From the NCBI GenBank assembly GCA_001816455.1, contig MHCB01000038.1:7965-71964 (forward strand): a stretch of DNA of 64,000 bases. The letters run 5' to 3'. Made by a program: the position numbers and the translations under genes. The stretch comes from Candidatus Blackburnbacteria bacterium RIFCSPHIGHO2_12_FULL_44_25 (GTDB lineage Bacteria > Patescibacteriota > Microgenomatia > UBA8517 > UBA10165). The notes under the pieces are model-generated. The model did no database searches. It worked only from the letters and a program-made list of their open reading frames with translations, and was not told the DNA's origin. Positions 62,784 to 64,000 of this stretch are shown here, one piece after another (position 1 is the stretch's first letter; each line of letters opens with the position of its first letter).

Positions 62784-63530
62784 TTGTGGTTGATTTATAC
62801 TCTTGCAGGTTCAGCTAGGTCCTTTTGCAGATATTTGGCAACAAGGGAGAATGTTGTGGTGGTATCGGTTACGCGGCGTGTCGAGCAGGTTAGTGATGGT
62901 AGTCGCTACAAAGGTCATGTGGAGATCGGAGGAGTCACGTTCCAGTATGACTTGGAGTTTGTCGTTCATATCTCGCAGCTGGGGGATTGGAAAGTAATCG
63001 ACGACGTGAGTGCGGCCCGCGCCCTTTTTCGGCTTGCTTTGAAGCGGGACGGGGTGGAGCTTGAGCTTACGGACGACGAGTATGGCGTCTTTTTCCAACT
63101 GCTTGTCCCTTTCGCGGTGCACTTTTATAACTTACCCTCGACTCATGCAAACCAGGGAGGGTTAGTTGGTATGGCCTTGCGTGGCGAAAGAGATATGCGG
63201 GCTTTTGGGATTTCTGCCTCGGTCTCGGTTACCAACCACGCGTCATATGAGCTTTCGCCCGAGCTTTGCCAGATGCTGGGTGCTCCAAAGTTTGGCTGCC
63301 TCTTCGGCGATGATTCTACTCCTGTAGCTTGGGAGTATTGGCGGCAGGGCCCGACGGACGATGGCTTTGTCCGCATGAGCGAAGATGAGCTGCCGTTCGG
63401 GCTTGTGTGGAATAGGGTCGGGATTGGCGGAGAAACCGCTACGGAGGAAGGCGCGTTAGGCCCAATTTATCTGAGACGAAGAACTACGGATGCTGTCGCA
63501 GGGCCGAATGTCTCTTCCCCACACGTCTGA
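62784..63530 (+). CDS. hypothetical protein (GC-rich island immediately 3' of tRNA-Leu)
   Basis: 248-aa ORF, roughly 58% GC; start uncertain. Confidence 0.35.
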   Translation: MWLIYTLAGSARSFCRYLATRENVVVVSVTRRVEQVSDGSRYKGHVEIGGVTFQYDLEFVVHISQLGDWKVIDDVSAARALFRLALKRDGVELELTDDEYGVFFQLLVPFAVHFYNLPSTHANQGGLVGMALRGERDMRAFGISASVSVTNHASYELSPELCQMLGAPKFGCLFGDDSTPVAWEYWRQGPTDDGFVRMSEDELPFGLVWNRVGIGGETATEEGALGPIYLRRRTTDAVAGPNVSSPHV

Positions 63531-63596
63531 CGTTCGCCTTGCCTGTGTGCACATTCGCCCGTTGGGGACACCAAATCCTTAGCGGGCGATTCATTT

Positions 63597-64000
63597 TTAC
63601 AACTTCTTTAAAATCTCAGAGTACTTTTTAACATTCTCCGCGGTGTTTTTCATTCCCCCTTGAATTACAAGATTTACCTTTTTGAAATCCCAGTGCTTGT
63701 TCATTAAATCTACCAGGTCTTTTATTGTGGTGCTTTGTATAAGCGCAATCATTTCTTCGGGCATGTGGATTTTGTTTTCCCAAACCAAGTCCCCTTCTAT
63801 CCAATTTGCGATCGAGGACGGGTGGTCAAAGGACATCAGCCACTGGTTTGACAGGAAGTCTTTTGTAACTTTCAACTCCTCTTCTGTCGGGCCGTTCTTA
63901 ACAAATGTTGATAGTTCTTGGACGATCAGCGAGATAACTTCTTCCAAATGCTCTTGGGAGCTCTCTGAGGTAATTGCGGTATACCCTAGCCCGTTTATTG
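63597..64000 (-). CDS. M16 (insulinase/pitrilysin) family peptidase, C-terminal portion; 5' end outside the window
   Basis: Open to the window edge (no upstream stop in frame). C-terminal M16 inactive-domain-like sequence (…LVIQGGMKNTAENVKKY…). Confidence 0.5.
   Translation of the reverse strand, partial: INGLGYTAITSESSQEHLEEVISLIVQELSTFVKNGPTEEELKVTKDFLSNQWLMSFDHPSSIANWIEGDLVWENKIHMPEEMIALIQSTTIKDLVDLMNKHWDFKKVNLVIQGGMKNTAENVKKYSEILKKL

Noticed and set aside
1-64000. CRISPR arrays and rRNA genes
   Set aside because: No regularly spaced direct repeats with unique spacers were seen, and no 16S/23S/5S-like sequence. The only structured repeats are the REP palindromes, the 135-bp upstream duplicate and the short in-gene tandem repeats.

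Overview
This 64 kb window looks like a chromosomal segment from a small-genome, CPR/Patescibacteria-like bacterium. The supporting signs are truncated core proteins: ThrS without a TGS domain, a 290-aa trigger factor, a 674-aa PheT and a DUF5665-like peptide. The backbone is roughly 42-48% GC with compact translation and housekeeping genes and nine tRNA genes. No rRNA gene or CRISPR array is visible. pheS and thrS are each preceded by a putative T-box leader. Several GC-rich patches (about 58-63% GC, estimated by eye) interrupt the backbone. They carry actinobacterial-type genes: a DapD-like hexapeptide acyltransferase, a Cu/Zn SOD and a MYG1-like hydrolase. The window holds two IS200/RAYT-like HUH transposase genes, each with its own palindromic REP family. 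REP copies sit inside reading frames and supply TGA stop codons. There is a free-standing LAGLIDADG endonuclease abutting tRNA-Leu. There is also a tRNA-proximal accessory island with RelE/RHH and AbiEii modules and a low-GC paralog pair. The most striking feature is a three-gene operon between tRNA-His and tRNA-Arg. It encodes a 3553-aa secreted protein with Cys-rich modules, a coiled coil, a canonical J-domain, a PP2C-like phosphatase core, an HExxH motif and Ca-binding C-terminal repeats. The giant gene is bracketed by two paralogous FN3-type membrane proteins, one with an LPxSG-like C-terminal anchor. I suggest it is a surface or host-interaction effector system. All calls are from reading the sequence and ORF track by eye. 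No database search was run.
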